From assembly GCA_010093815.1 (NCBI GenBank), contig ML996566.1: a stretch of 64,000 nucleotides of DNA; one strand, given 5' to 3'. The notes beneath the pieces were generated by a model. That model was given only the letters and a program-made list of their open reading frames with translations. It made no database searches and was not told the DNA's origin. This document shows positions 26,244 to 39,323 of the stretch, one piece after another. Positions within the stretch are counted from its first letter, which is position 1; the number at the start of each line of letters is the position of its first letter. The stretch is from Pseudovirgaria hyperparasitica (lineage: Eukaryota). A program made the position numbers and the translations under genes.

Positions 26244-27242
26244 TCAGGTGTATATAATTCCGCCATCCACTACCACCGTCTGTCCTGTCATGAAGTCGCT
26301 ATCATCACTAGCCAGGAAGCCAACCACGTTGGCCACGTCCTCCGGCGTACTCGTCCTCCCCAGAGCCGTCAACTCCTCTACATACTTCTTAATTGTCTCG
26401 CCACGCTTGCGCCCATCCAGCTTCCCTAGCCCCTCATCGATCAAGTCCCACATCGCCGTGCCTACGATCCCCGGCGCATACGCATTGACAGTGATCTTAT
26501 GCCGCGAGACTTCCATCGCAAAGGCCTGCGTAAGACCTCTCACTAACACACCGAGTCAGCCACAATTCACCATCGCTGTGCCTGTCAACAGGAAACGAAA
26601 TACTAACCAGCCCACTTCGATGCGCTGTAATGGCTCAACATGGGAAACGGCTTAAACGCCACGATACTCGCCGCGCCCAGAATCTTCCCACCGCCTCCCT
26701 GTGCAATCATCTGCCGTGCTGCGCTCGCGTAACAGTTGTACACACCGAACACGTTGACCTCAAACATGCGGCGTAAATCCTGTTCGCTGAGATCGAGCAG
26801 TGGCTTGACCTGCGCGATGCCAGCGTTCGCGACCATGGTGGATAGGGGCCCGAGCGAGGATACCGAGTGCGCGACGAGTGCCTCGACTTCCGGGAGAACC
26901 GAAACATCGGCGGCATAGGTGGTTGTTTGCACAGAGTGGATGGACGAGAGAGAAGATGCGACCGAGGCGAGGTCGGCGGATAGGGCAGGTACATCATTTA
27001 GGCAGAGGGCGTAGCCATCAGATGCTAGACGTGTTGCAATTGCTTTACCTCTGTTGCGAGTGTCAGATGGTTCGAGATGAGGGTCGAGGGTGTAATGAGT
27101 CTTACATCCCTCGACTTGCGCCTGTCACGATAGCTGTCTTGTCACGACGCACTGAGGTGCTGAAAGCTGCACGAGAAAACCGAATATTGGCAGGTCGGAG
27201 GCTCGAACATCTTCGCACGAACAAGTGACGGCTCAGTGCCAT
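26244..27242 (-). CDS. Short-chain dehydrogenase, acetoin/diacetyl reductase (BudC-like), with predicted mitochondrial presequence
   Basis: MALSRHLFVRR...TAIVTGASRG|IG, VANAGIAQVKP, YSASKWA|VRGLTQA, VNAYAPGIVGTAMWD, MTGQTVVVDGG. Confidence 0.88.
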
Positions 27243-27739
27243 ATCTGTGAGTTAAACTATACGGAAGATTGGTCCGAGGCAGCTGCAAGCTTCCAGTGAT
27301 CAGTAGTTGTGAAGTGAATGAAGTGCTGTGCCATGAATTTGAGTCGGGACATTAATGCTCCGCCGGCGGAGTGGAAGACGTATTGCCCCCCTGCAACCTG
27401 GTACTACCATCACCCCACAACGGACGACATTGAAGTTGCGATACCTGCAACATCATCTACTTTATATAGTAGGTACCCCGATCAGCTATTCCGGGGAACG
27501 TGTGACCGCTCGCCCTAGCCTTGTTCCGTCCTCGGTCGTGCTCCTCCTGAATCCGCTATAAAATCCAAAATCCCACTGCTCCTTCGTTTTCTATTCTGCT
27601 GTCTGCGTCCTTCCCTCCTCTACTCGATGCCATCAACTCGTTCGCCCTGTGACTCTCTAGGCTGCTCCGCCTCCTCATCGGTGATCCGCCTTCCGGATCA
27701 TGTGCGTTGCACCACACCCCCTGGGGCCTAGAGTCTGAA

Positions 27740-29307
27740 TCATAGCACTTCTGCTCTTACAAATTCTAATGTTTTCATCTTCGGTAACTTCATTAAACTC
27801 AAAGCTTCTCTAGCCTCCTCAAGCGACTTCGGTATGGTGTGAGCCGCAACAGCTGGACCCTTCCGGCTTGCTTTTGTTTCTGGCCAGATTATCCTGCTGT
27901 GGTCTCCCAAGCTCCACCAACCTTTCCCTCCCATCATATAGATTTTAGATCTAGCTTCCCATGACGCCTCCATTTCAGCGCGACGCTGGATACAAGCCCT
28001 CGAATCCTCTTCGTTAGGATATGGTGGCTCCCAACTGCTGTGGAATATGGCGCACTCCTCAAGTCGAGCGCGATCCCACATGACATATCCCCACTCTCGC
28101 AGAGTCTCCCGATTATTTTGATTGACGAAATGGGCCCAGGTCTCATCCTGGTGTGCCCACCGCCAGATATCATCAGGACCAGTATCTGCTTCAGCGACGA
28201 ATGGCCGATTTATATGGGTTCGCTCGATGGTTGGGCTAAAGTCAGATAGGTAATTACCATCATCTCTCCTGTTCGCATGATTCAATGCTTCACAGAGGAA
28301 ATTAAATCTGGTTTTTGGGTACACGCCCGAGTACAGACGCTCATACCGAGTTTCATACGATTTGGCCGCCATGATTCGTTGTAGCTTTTCTAAACCAAGC
28401 GAAAGGACATATTGGATGAAGGGAGAGTCCCGTTCATCGTCGTACTCAACCCTAAATTCGCCCCAGGCTATATCGTGTTCGGCTATGTCGTTGAATGCTT
28501 ACTTAATTTAGCAACTTGCACATGTACAGTAAATATGCTCATACCGGGATAGACTGCCTGGGCAAAGTAGTCATGAACACAGGCGAGTTGCTCGTTCTCC
28601 CACGGAGAAAATTTCAAGAAGAAAGCGTCCCAAGTCTGTGTCGGAGCAGGGTTTTCAAAGCCGCGGAACAAGTTACAAAAGATTTCGAACCGATACATAG
28701 CCCGTTGGATTCGAGTTTCTTCCGTGCGCGTTGCAGGTCTGTAATTACAGCCAGGAAATTTCGTTGCGGCGGTGTTTATGAACTGCGATGCAAGCTCGCT
28801 CACACATACATGGACGTTGGCGACGGCTACCGCATCCTTGAGCGTCCAAGCTTTAGGGGGAAGCTGTCTGTTCTCGAGATGTGTTGTGATAAAGGCCTGG
28901 ACTTGGTCTTCGGTACAAGGCTTCAAGCGCAAGGCCTCCTGCGCAATGTGGGCTTCGGGAAGCACGTCGTCCATCTGCTTGAATAGCACGGTCGTTGTCG
29001 TGAGTATTTCAGCGCCGCGAACAGCGGCTAAAAATCTACGGCAAACCAGCATCGACGATCGCAAAGATAAAACATCTGGCAGGTTGGATAGTATGATTTG
29101 TAACACTTCAACAGGAAGTTTTTCGAACGGAGATGAGAGTTGCTGGTCCATCGTAGTAGGTATTGTGGCTTTGAGAGCAGTGACTGGAGCGCGCATGGGC
29201 TGACGGCGGGTTGGTATCGTTGCCAAGTTATCGCGGTCTGCGGTTTGTGAAGGGGAAGCCTCTCCATAAGAAGCTGCTGATTTGTCATCATCAGGGCGGA
29301 GCTGCAT
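27740..29307 (-). CDS. F-box-like domain protein
   Basis: FEKLPVEVLQIILSNLPDVLSLRS, RIQRAMYRFEIFCNLF, FSPWENEQLACVHDY, LREWGYVMWD. One intron joins the two ORFs in frame. Confidence 0.8.
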
Positions 29308-30100
29308 ATGGCTGCCTGGAATTTAGAAACGTAGAACGGACTTCACCAAGCCACCTCCCTGTCTGATATTAATAGTCTACCAAATACTAAGACTAGCGAT
29401 ACGCGCGGTAATCTGATACAGCGAGACGCTAGGCATAGCGCCCGAGCCCGTTCCCGTCCAGATTAGTGGTTTAGGGTTGCCCTGGTTGACGACTGGACAT
29501 TGCTGCATGCGACATAATAATTATCCTGCAGTGCTGCCTACCTCATGATGATCTATATTTGCAGTTTGGGGCACGGTTACACAATCTTGATTGGCCATCG
29601 TTTCCTCTGGTTCTGCATCCCACAGTCGCTCCCAATCGTCTCTGGTCCTTGAGTTGATAATGAGGCTGTGAAGCGATGCGTCCCCGTCTTAGCCGGACTC
29701 ATCGCTCCTGATAACGTCGCTGCTACTCATTAAGAGGATCTAGATTCTCAGACCGAGTTGTCGCACCCGATCGATCTAATATATGTGGTGGTGGAGGCAC
29801 GTCTAATTGTTGAATAGTTTCAGCCAAGCCGAGCATGTTTGTCGCATTTGAAACTGTACACAAAGCCATCAACGTGGACTTAGGGAAGCTTCTGGCCGTT
29901 GATATACTGAATCACCTGTCCGGCACATCCCTCGGTCGCAATCTGGCTACCGTTCTTTATGATGTGAAGATATTGCAGCTTCCCCTAGAGGCAACGCCAT
30001 TAATGTTTAAATATCGGAAGGAACTATGGAAGGAGGGCGGATGGGGAACCGAACCAGTTTAGGGCGAAAGATCCCTGGCGTTGCAGTATCACTCTGCTTT

Positions 30101-32037
30101 CTATGCTCCGCGGTGGTCATCCTGTCTCTCTTTTTCTAGCCGTTGCTGCACGGTACGCTGATGCCTCACACCCCACCAGGAAACCGCTATGCCCGCTATG
30201 CTCGCAAAGAATGTCAATATGTAAGCTTTCTTGAAGCATGCTAGACCATCTCCACACTCACGCTCGCCACCCGCCGCGACGGTCGAGTGATGGTCATAGA
30301 TTACTCCGTAGAATAGATTGAAGATATTCCCGGATACAATCGGCGCCAAAGTGATGAAACCCCAATTCACTGACAAATTACTCCCACCGAAAGAATCCAC
30401 CACTAGGGCAGGCATGACTCCAAATAAGAAGCCGTATGCCAGTCCAGTAAGACTGGATACTATCCACAGCTTGTGCGGGTTTTCGATGTTCATTGCTGCG
30501 ACCTGTGCGAGGGCAAAAATAGTTCCAGCGGCAGTAGCACACCAGAACCGACTTGCATGCAGTCTCTTAACGAGTATGTCTGAGCTGACGCCGGACAAAA
30601 GACGCCCTGTGAATGACATGAACGATAACACCGAAACATGGAACGACTGCTGATTCATAATGGTGGCCTCAGGTACTGAAGTATCAAAGTGCCTCCAAAG
30701 GGCTTGAGTCTTGAATGACGTTAGTCTAAAGCCAGAAGCAGCTCTCCTTTCTTGCTTACATTGTTGCCAATATTGTTGATGGTCATGAGGCCTATACCAG
30801 ATAGTAGACCCATTTGTAACCAAAGTTGCCAGAATTCTTGCTTCAATAGAAGGGCAAGTCCCGACATATCTACCCAACGTGAGCATTTGCTCCTCATATT
30901 CTGGACGGCGTCGTCCGGGATCGAGGCTACGGAAGCGATATCGTCATCTGCGGTGGACGCTGTGGCAAGACCGTCGTTTTCTGTTCATGATAGTCCGCAA
31001 GAGTCTCTCAGATTCACAAGGATATACATAGAGTGAAATGTAACCAATACAGACAGATAGAGCAGCCAGTCGCAGCAGGCCTCATCGAATCAGGAAATCA
31101 CACGCGTAAGATGGACTGCTCTCCTGGCATGACCACCTTCATCTGTATCTGCACGATGTGGGACGGAGGGTCTCTTACCTGGTTCATTTAGCACGGGCTG
31201 GGTCGATCGGCTGGATGAAGTAGAGTGAGTGCGATATAGCTCGGTAGAGTCTACCCTTCGTCCCCCATCACTACTAGGTATTGCTGTATACGGAGAGTGC
31301 GCAGGTACGATGTGTAGAAAGAAGATAGAACCGAAGACAATAGCGGACGTGCCGATCGCTAAGAGTAGCAGGAAACCGGAAGTGTTATCAGGGAACACTA
31401 TGCTGGAGATCGTTGAGAAGAAGAATGCGCTGAGACCGAACGCTGCGACTGGGAAAGCTGTTGCTGTCCCACGATGTTGTGGCCAGTTCAATGCAGCTAC
31501 TAACTGTGAGCTCCAGTTTCTGAGCCAGCTGCCACTACCTACCAGTTTTCAGAGACGCCTGGAAAGAGCTGCAGCTGCCCATACCAGTCAAAAACGAGAA
31601 GAAGCACAACAACGAGGTGCTCATCCCGTCCATCCCTCTGTCATATGCTTGATGGATTGGGAAGTATCCTGCGGCGAGACAAAGGGCACCTATCAAAGCA
31701 GCTGCTCTTGGTCCTTTCTGGTCCACAAGTATTCCAAACGGTATTCCCGTGATGTACATGCCCAAGTTCCCAAATGTCCCCTGGTTGAACTCAGTATGTA
31801 GAGGCTTGGTTTGCGGCGAGGAGCACGTACGATAAGCTCACCTTCGGTGGCGGAGAGCTTCAAACGCTCAGCAAGCTGAGGCTCCCATGCTGAATATGCA
31901 TACTGCTCATTGCTTTATCAGCATTAGGACACTATGGCAGCTATCGTACGTACGTTTGTCCCGCTTGCAAGTGATGCTGCAGTTGCTGCCACGAGGGAAA
32001 CGATGCGTATGGTGTTCTGAGCTTTGATTGAACCCAT
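30101..32037 (-). CDS. MCH1: MCH1-like / nodulin-like MFS transporter
   Basis: LASGTN|YAYSAWEPQLAERLKLS, GILVDQKGPR, NWPQHRGTATAFPVAAFGLSAF, GIGLMTINNIGN, GRLLSGVSSD. Multi-intron. Confidence 0.88.
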
Positions 32038-32421
32038 GTCGCATCTAGACGCCTAGAAGATGCGCACGCCAGGACAATCACTCAGATCACCGAGAGCCCA
32101 TAAGTGAAAGCTCAGTATGTATGTCGGCTGAGGAGGTCGCTACAAAAGTGGTAGAGAAGTCGCGACAAACACGTTTGCTTGACCGGACGCGCAGCTGAGA
32201 ATGGCGAACCGGTGGTAGGAGGACAGACAATGGTTTTATAAGCGAGTGGTTCTGTCACCGGGAGTGTTTATCAGTTCCTAATGTTTATTCTTGACTAGCG
32301 GTATCTCCGACGATCACGTGTCAGAATCTAGCGTCGTATGTCATTTGGAACCTCTGCTGTGCACGAGGTCAACGCTGTTCAGGCTTCAACACACTCAACG
32401 TCGATATACCCTACCACGATC

Positions 32422-34018
32422 ATGGGCGCGCTACTTTCTATACCGCTGCTTGCTGTGCCAAGTATTGGCACTGTATGTTATCACTTCAGGATGTTTCTTG
32501 CGACTTCAGAGACTAACGGTTGCTTAAACAGATCGGAACCTTTGCCGCTTCATGTTGCGGAGCCGCGACATGCTCTGCTGTCTTCAGCGCCTGTGGAAAA
32601 TGTCAAAACAGGTATGCGGAAACTGCTTAGAGTATATTCGTTGCCCCAAATGTTTACGTAGAATAGCATGGCTACTCGTATCGCATACGCACTCATACTC
32701 CTCGTCAACTCAATCATATCTTGGCTTATGCTCACGGACTGGGCAATGAAGAAGTTGGAACACTTGACGCTTGACTACATGCACTTTTGCACCGGCGGAG
32801 ATTGCTTTGGGTTCGTCGCAGTACATCGAATGAACTTTGCGTTAGGTATCTTTCATGCGATCATGGCTACAATGTTACTTGGCGTTCGCTCCTCGAAGGA
32901 CGGTCGCGCGCCCATCCAAAACGGCTTCTGGGGCCCAAAGATACTGGCCTGGGTCGGTCTTATCGTCGTAAGCTTCTTCATACCGGAGACCTTCTTCGCG
33001 ACGTGGGGCAAGAACCTAGCTTTAATCGGCGCCATCCTCTTTCTCTTCATCGGCCTAATACTACTCGTGGACCTCGCGCATAACTGGGCCGAATTTTGCC
33101 AGGAGAAGATCGAGACTGCCGAATCGAGAGTATGGACTGGTCTGCTTGTTGGAACTACGTTGTCCATGTACTTGGCTTCCTTTGCGATGACCATCGTCAT
33201 GTATATTTTCTTCGCGAAGAGCGGATGTCAAATGAATCAGGCTGCAATCACGGTATGTAGCTTCGGCTCAGACACAAACATTTCTGACAGAATAACAGAT
33301 CAATCTTCTCCTTGTATTCATTGCTTCGATTGTATCGATCCACCCAGTTGTTCAGAACTACAACACTCGCGCAGGTCTAGCCCAGTCGGCCATGGTTGCA
33401 GTGTATTGCACATACTTGACGATGTCTGCTGTAGGGATGGAGCCGGACGATCACCAATGCAACCCTCTTATCCGCGCTCGAGGCACACGTCGCGCTTCAA
33501 TTGTTGTTGGAGCCATTGTGACTTTCGTAACTGTTGCATACACCACGACTCGGGCCGCCACTTATGGCTTGGCCCTAGGAAGCCAAGGCAACTCATACTC
33601 ACAACTCGCAACCGAAGATTACGAGGCAGGCCCAATCTATACCCAACCCGAAAGCCGCCGTGAATTACGAACGGCTGCACTACGCGCTGCAGTCGAAAGT
33701 GGAAGTCTACCGGCCAGTGCTCTCGATGATGATTCTGACGACGAATCCGACGACGGCAAGAACCATCCACGAGACGATGAACGTAGCCAGACACAGTACA
33801 ACTATGCCATGTTCCACATCATCTTCTTGCTCGCCTGTTGCTGGGTATCGACGTTGCTCACAATGAACTTCGACGAAACGAGTCACGACGACTTTGTTGC
33901 AGTCGGAAGGACTTATTGGGCAAGCTGGGCAAAGATCGTCAGTTCTTGGGCTTGCTATGGTATCTATATCTGGTCTCTGGTTGCGCCAGTGGTGGTGCCT
34001 GATCGATTCGATTATTAA
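32422..34018 (+). CDS. TMS1: Serine incorporator (SERINC/TMS1) membrane protein
   Basis: MGALLSIPLL, SCCGAATC, ATRIAYA, AVHRMNFAL, IQNGFWGPK, GLAQSAMVAVYCTYLT, WSLVAPVVVPDRF. Confidence 0.93.
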
Positions 34019-34593
34019 ATATTGTACGTCCGTCCAGGGAGCATTGTACTGTATAGTTTGTCATTGTCCTCTCGTATTCCTAAATCCCTACAACTACCAA
34101 TTTACCTTGATGTCTTGGCTTTCACTGCACATGTCTAGGCTCTGTTTAAGTATTTATTAACCACGCAGTGATAACTGTCTGATATTCTGAGCTTGTTTGA
34201 GGTTTGAACAAGAATCTTGAAACAAACACACGTCTATCTCACCAAATCACTATTCTATCGATGCATGCGATGTGGCTTGGAGCTAGTAATAAAAGGGGAG
34301 TCGTGCTCTACGCTCCAACGCGGCTAGCTCACTACTTAGCAGAACTTCTGCTAATAGCTACGAGATCTGCCGCCAATTTGGGAGGACACAATTGTGTGTA
34401 CACTTTTGGCTACGTGTCTAACCAGAAGACAGCATACAAGCACGATACGCAGACCCACCCACCCACTCATACAATCAAAACACTTTTCAACACGCCCAAT
34501 GAAATACGAGAAGTAGATTTACATGCCCCCCGATGCCCCCCCTAACTGTCATATACATATGTAAATCCCCCCTCAAAGGAACACTAGCGTTAG

Positions 34594-37302
34594 CTAGTAC
34601 CATTGAATATCCTGCATAGCGTTTCTGAGGACCTCTGTCCGTGTCTTTTGCATTTCCGGCGCGTTTGCACCAATCTGCTCCACGATCTCGAGCATGCGTC
34701 GTATATCGATGCGTACGAGCGCGTGCAGGGGATCCGAGACGAGAGGAGTGCCTGAGACGGCTTCCTGTTCGATAGCAAGGATACGCGCCATCATAAGCTT
34801 GGGAGAAAAGAATCACGTCAGCAATAGATTCGCGAGTTGGAGCAGGGTCGACCAGGGGAATAAAAGGATTCGGCGTGGAAGGATGCATAGTAGAGGAGAT
34901 CGTGCGCTTACCGCTTCTTCGAACGCGCGGTGCTGAAACACCCACCATACCCCGGCGTCGACCTTCATGTACTCCCACATCTGGAAATACGTCTCGAGGC
35001 CCATGCGCGCAGCCTCGAGGGCGCCGCGCACATCACAGGCTACCCCAGCGGCCTCGTTTTCGTCGGCCTGTAGGATCATGTAGCAGTGCCAATACACACT
35101 GCGGCAGAGCATGTTCTGGCGGAAGCCGCGCGGGTCTGCCACGGCCAGACTGCTAATCGAGTCGCGGTCGCCCACGGTGAGATGCGAAGGAAACGAGGAA
35201 AATAGGTCCCGGAACGCGCCGCTCAGGTCCTCTTTCTCGCGCTGCGAGTTGCATAGGGGTCGTGTGAGGGACCGGGGCATGCAAATGATGCGCTGAACCA
35301 AGTTTCCCATGCGCCACATGCATCGTATGTATTCGCGATCGGAGAGCTCGTATGGAGGATAGGGATTCGACGGAGCGATATTGCTGATGCTCATAGGGTT
35401 GATGTTGATATCACTGTCACCGTTGATGGAAGAACTGGTGTTGAATGGCGAGTTGGAAAGATTATCGGTGAGGAATTCTACAGGTATATCCGAGAACGTG
35501 CCGGTGGGAGGAAGTTTAAGAAGGACGGTGAGGAAAGTATCTTGTACCATGACTGCCTGCCAGACCTTCAGCCGTGACAGTTTCTCTTGTGGTGTCCCTC
35601 TTGGCACAATGGTTTCGGGATCTCGATTAAGCCCCATGGCATAGGCCTGCCGCATGAGTACACCCCCAAAAGACCATGCGTCCGAAGCATGGTTATCGTT
35701 CATAAGGAAGTAGCAGTGGAGTATCATGGCTTGGATTGTTCGTATTGACACTCGACTGAGATAGCTGGATATGCGAAGAGCCTGGTGTGCAGCAGAGACA
35801 TAAAATTCAGCCATTTGTGATCTTTCCTGCTCAGACGTGCCTGTCACGAAATGCAGCCCCATTGCGTACATGACTAGATGCAAGGATAGTAGAGCAGGAT
35901 CTGCTGTGTGTTTTTCTTCCTGTGGCATCGCCCAGAAGTCTTCGTAGTCAACATAAAACGAATGACGTTCTATCATTGGATACACAGGGTCGACTGTGTC
36001 GAAATATGTCGAAATGAGAAAGTCTGCCTGGTCTTTACTAGGCAGTACGCCGATGACCTCGGAAAGACCCCCTTTACTTGTCCAGTAATTCGCAAATGGG
36101 TGTTCGGCACTGAAGCCGAAAACCGGAGACGGCGCATGCTTTGTGTTAGGAATGTTGGATAGGAGAAATGGTGACGAAGATGTTGAAGAAAGAGAATTCT
36201 GTCGGAACAGAGATCGTGGAAGGGGTATCTAGGCAACACTAGGGTTAGTACAGAGAGTACTTATAGGAGTTGGGTTACCGCTGCGACTTAAGACATCGAA
36301 TTTTGCGAACCAATAAGAGGCCGAGGGGGTTAATCAAGGATTCAAATGAGAGTCTCTCGGCCGGGCAATGTGCAATAGACCGAAGGCACGGAAAAGCCCG
36401 TGAAGGTGTAGAGAGATTCGAGATCTTCAGATTGTGGAAGCACAACAAGGTACCCGCAAAACGGCGGCGCGAGATTGACGAATTGACATACCTCTGGCGG
36501 AACAGTCACATTTGTGGGATCTGGTGGAGGGAAGACGGACTCTTTCTTAGTTCTTTGGGGCACTCTGGGGGCTGATTTGCTGTATAGCGTGCATCAGCGA
36601 GGATCTTCCCGATAGTGAAAGTCGGGCTGCAGATCCGGGGATAAAGATGATGCCGAAGATCAGCAAACGGCTATAAGAGCGGGGACGTACTCTACGGATG
36701 CTATAGCATTGGCGACGTCTGAGTACTTGCATTCGGACATGCGCTTGATACATGCTAAACATTGTGGTCGAGCGCGATCGCACTATATGAGATTCGGTCA
36801 GTCTCAGTATGCCGACGACGATGAATTGCGACGTCTGATTGAGCGAGTAGAGAATGGGACGTCATGTATGTATATTGAGTGCTGAGTCGTGCCCCCACGT
36901 AATATTTGCTTGAGAAGCGCATTTGTATGTTGTTGCATATTGCTATAGTCGCCTATACCACAGAAGGCCGTAACCCCTTGTCGTGTGCTTGTGCAACACT
37001 TGTAGCAGACAACAGGGGATTAAATTAATGGGATCATAGTGACAAACCTTTGTCTTCCTTTCCACACATTCGGCACAGCTCAAGGTGGGTTTGTTACGCT
37101 TTTGCTTCTTCTTTGGCGGAACATCGCATTTCTTGGACCTGGATACCCCAGATTCCTGCGGAGATGCAGTACTTGGGCTGCTATGTGATGGCGCAGCAAC
37201 CAGACCAACAACACTCAATGCTGATGACGGGGAAGGAGAGGGCTGATGCTCATGCTGATGGTGTTGGTTGATATTGGAGCCGGCTCCAGCGTTGTCAGCC
37301 AT
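34594..37302 (-). CDS. Zn(II)2Cys6 transcription factor with fungal-specific TF middle domain
   Basis: KRNKPTLSCAECVERKTK|CDRARPQCLACIKRMSECKY, then LPSKDQADFLISTYFDTVDPVYPMI and LMRQAYAMGLNRDP. Four introns, two of them ~265 nt. Confidence 0.9.
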
Positions 37303-37969
37303 CTGGCTTATCTGACAGCCGCATTGGCATTGGAAATTGACTGTGCGTCTGCGGTGCAAGTGTGTCGCGTTGCGATTGAAGAGTTATTTCCGTCTGCTTC
37401 TGCTGGAAATAACTTGCGACGGTCACGCCGTATTCAAGGCCTGAAGCTTCCTGGAACGCAGAGCGGGGAAACAGAGACCCACTATTTCCTAACCGAATAT
37501 TCCCAAGGACTGTCATTGGCCACATTCTTGAATCGATCCACTGCATTGTTCGTCTGTGATATATACATACCTATTACCTGGTAAATGAGAGCAAAGAAAG
37601 AAAATTTTGTCTGTCCTGACTTGCAATACAGCCTTACTGAGGACATCTGAACCAGGTTCCGGCTTGCGATCCGAGACTGTACACGGTCGGAGCATTGCCT
37701 TGCCCTGCAACGTAATTAAAGCAAAGGTTTCATGCAAATGGAGGTCCGATTATCATCTTGTTTTTTTCAGGCTTCTTTCAAGCATACCGTCGACAAGACA
37801 ACCTCCCTATCAAAAGCAACGACGAGCTTTCTATCCGAATGTGAATTTATCTCATTTAATGTGATAGTGTTCGAACAACATCCCCGCCGTTGTTTCGTAA
37901 TGTTGGTTCGCGAAGCTTCGCTCACATACTATGACATCGCGAAGTTGTCACTTCTGTCTGATATGAAAC

Positions 37970-39019
37970 TCAGGTTCTCTCGGGTCGCAATTTGGTCTCT
38001 TGGGCTTTGGTTGCAGTATCAACCATTGGTGCTTTGGCGGCAAGGCTCTTGATAGGCCAACCATTATATGTCAAGCATATCTTCGTGTTCACGCATCCGC
38101 CTCCGTCTCCGCTCGCGCTTGAGGAATCACTGCTGCCATAGTTGAGTGACACTCCCATTCCCTGGAGTCCTATCCCGGTCGCCTTCCGATTCCAGTGAAA
38201 TTGCTCTACCACACCATCCAAGCTAATTTTGAGAAATCCCATGGGCATCTCGCTTTTCTCAATTGCATCCCTGACACCGTTCGTGACGTTGCCTGGACTG
38301 GCGACCAAACCAAGGACGTCTTTTTTAAACCATGTCGGTATGCCTGTGAAGGCTCCAGCTAGCTCGCGAACATGGCTAGGGAAGAGACCAGAATTAAGTG
38401 CCTTACATTGTATGAAGATACGAAGAGGCTCTGCGGAACTAGGTACCGACCATCGGCCGATCAAGTCTATACCCAGATCTGACCGACGACCTGTCCGTGT
38501 CAGGTCGAAATGGTATCGCCGCAGTGTGTCGGCAACTGTGTACTCGTATTTTGTGCCGTTGAAGACGGTCGTTGACCGACCCAGATTCTCGCGTTGCGCA
38601 TATTGTAAGAAGCTCTCGAGATCGTTATGGTGACTTGAACCAGCACTAAAGCGAGGTTCTGATGCCATTCGCATGTCGTCAAACCCTTGCACGACTTCAT
38701 CCAGTGCAGTGGCGGAAGCAGTGCTGACTTCGTCCAAAATTTCAGTTTTGATGGGAGATTTGCTTCTGATATTCTTCTCTTTTCTGGGTCGACCTCGTTT
38801 CGGAGTATCGAGGATCAAGGTTGGCTGCGCCTTATTATCATTAATAGGGCGTTCGTGCAATCTTTGGGAAATGTCACGAGCTTCATCTGACATGAATCTA
38901 GCCGCACATGGCCCTCGCTGGAGAAGCCATCGCGAGCGTAAACGCGACGATGGCCTCGTTCGGGAATGTAATGTCCACGCAGCTTGTGCTCGAGAGACGG
39001 GAGAGACGGAAGTGAACAT
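37970..39019 (-). CDS. RRG7: RRG7-like (DUF2034) mitochondrial protein, restriction-endonuclease-like fold
   Basis: Arg/Ser-rich presequence from ATG 39019; STTVFNGTKYEYTV, GRRSDLGIDLIG, IQCK, PSHVRELAG. Confidence 0.8.
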   Translation of the reverse strand: MFTSVSPVSRAQAAWTLHSRTRPSSRLRSRWLLQRGPCAARFMSDEARDISQRLHERPINDNKAQPTLILDTPKRGRPRKEKNIRSKSPIKTEILDEVSTASATALDEVVQGFDDMRMASEPRFSAGSSHHNDLESFLQYAQRENLGRSTTVFNGTKYEYTVADTLRRYHFDLTRTGRRSDLGIDLIGRWSVPSSAEPLRIFIQCKALNSGLFPSHVRELAGAFTGIPTWFKKDVLGLVASPGNVTNGVRDAIEKSEMPMGFLKISLDGVVEQFHWNRKATGIGLQGMGVSLNYGSSDSSSASGDGGGCVNTKICLTYNGWPIKSLAAKAPMVDTATKAQETKLRPERT

Positions 39020-39088
39020 CCAGATCACAAGATGAAGTCTAGCAATGCATGATGCTGTTGGCAACTGGGTTGACGTCGAAACGCGCGT

Positions 39089-39142
39089 GCCCAGTAAAGT
39101 GTGGCGCCGGGGGCCCAGTAAAGTGTGGCGCCGGGGGCCCAG
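39089..39142. repeat. Perfect 24-bp tandem duplication (2.25 copies) in the RRG7/MED21 divergent promoter
   Basis: gcccagtaaagtgtggcgccgggg at 39089-39112 and 39113-39136, then gcccag. Confidence 0.95.
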
Positions 39143-39323
39143 GCCGAAGCAAGCGCTTGACGCTTAACCTCACCTTAAAATCGCGATCACCAACTTGTTC
39201 ATGAACTAACATCCTACGCAAAGCTGGACACCAAACAGCGCACTCACCGCTACGGTACTTTCAAACTTCGCCTACAGCTTGTCAAATCATTCGCTCAGAC
39301 CACCTAGGCAAAGTTTTATTGAC

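Noticed and set aside
29470..29478. TTAGGGTT / AACCCTAA, possible telomerase RNA template or interstitial telomere
   Set aside because: A single short match in an 800-bp spacer, too small for a filamentous-fungal TER; no array.
29545..29712. ATGATGA C-box-like motif suggesting a snoRNA
   Set aside because: No properly placed D box with terminal stem and no recognisable rRNA guide.
34594..37302. Zn2Cys6 TF as the regulator of the inositol cluster
   Set aside because: Separated from the cluster by RRG7 and MED21; nothing in the sequence links it to the cluster.
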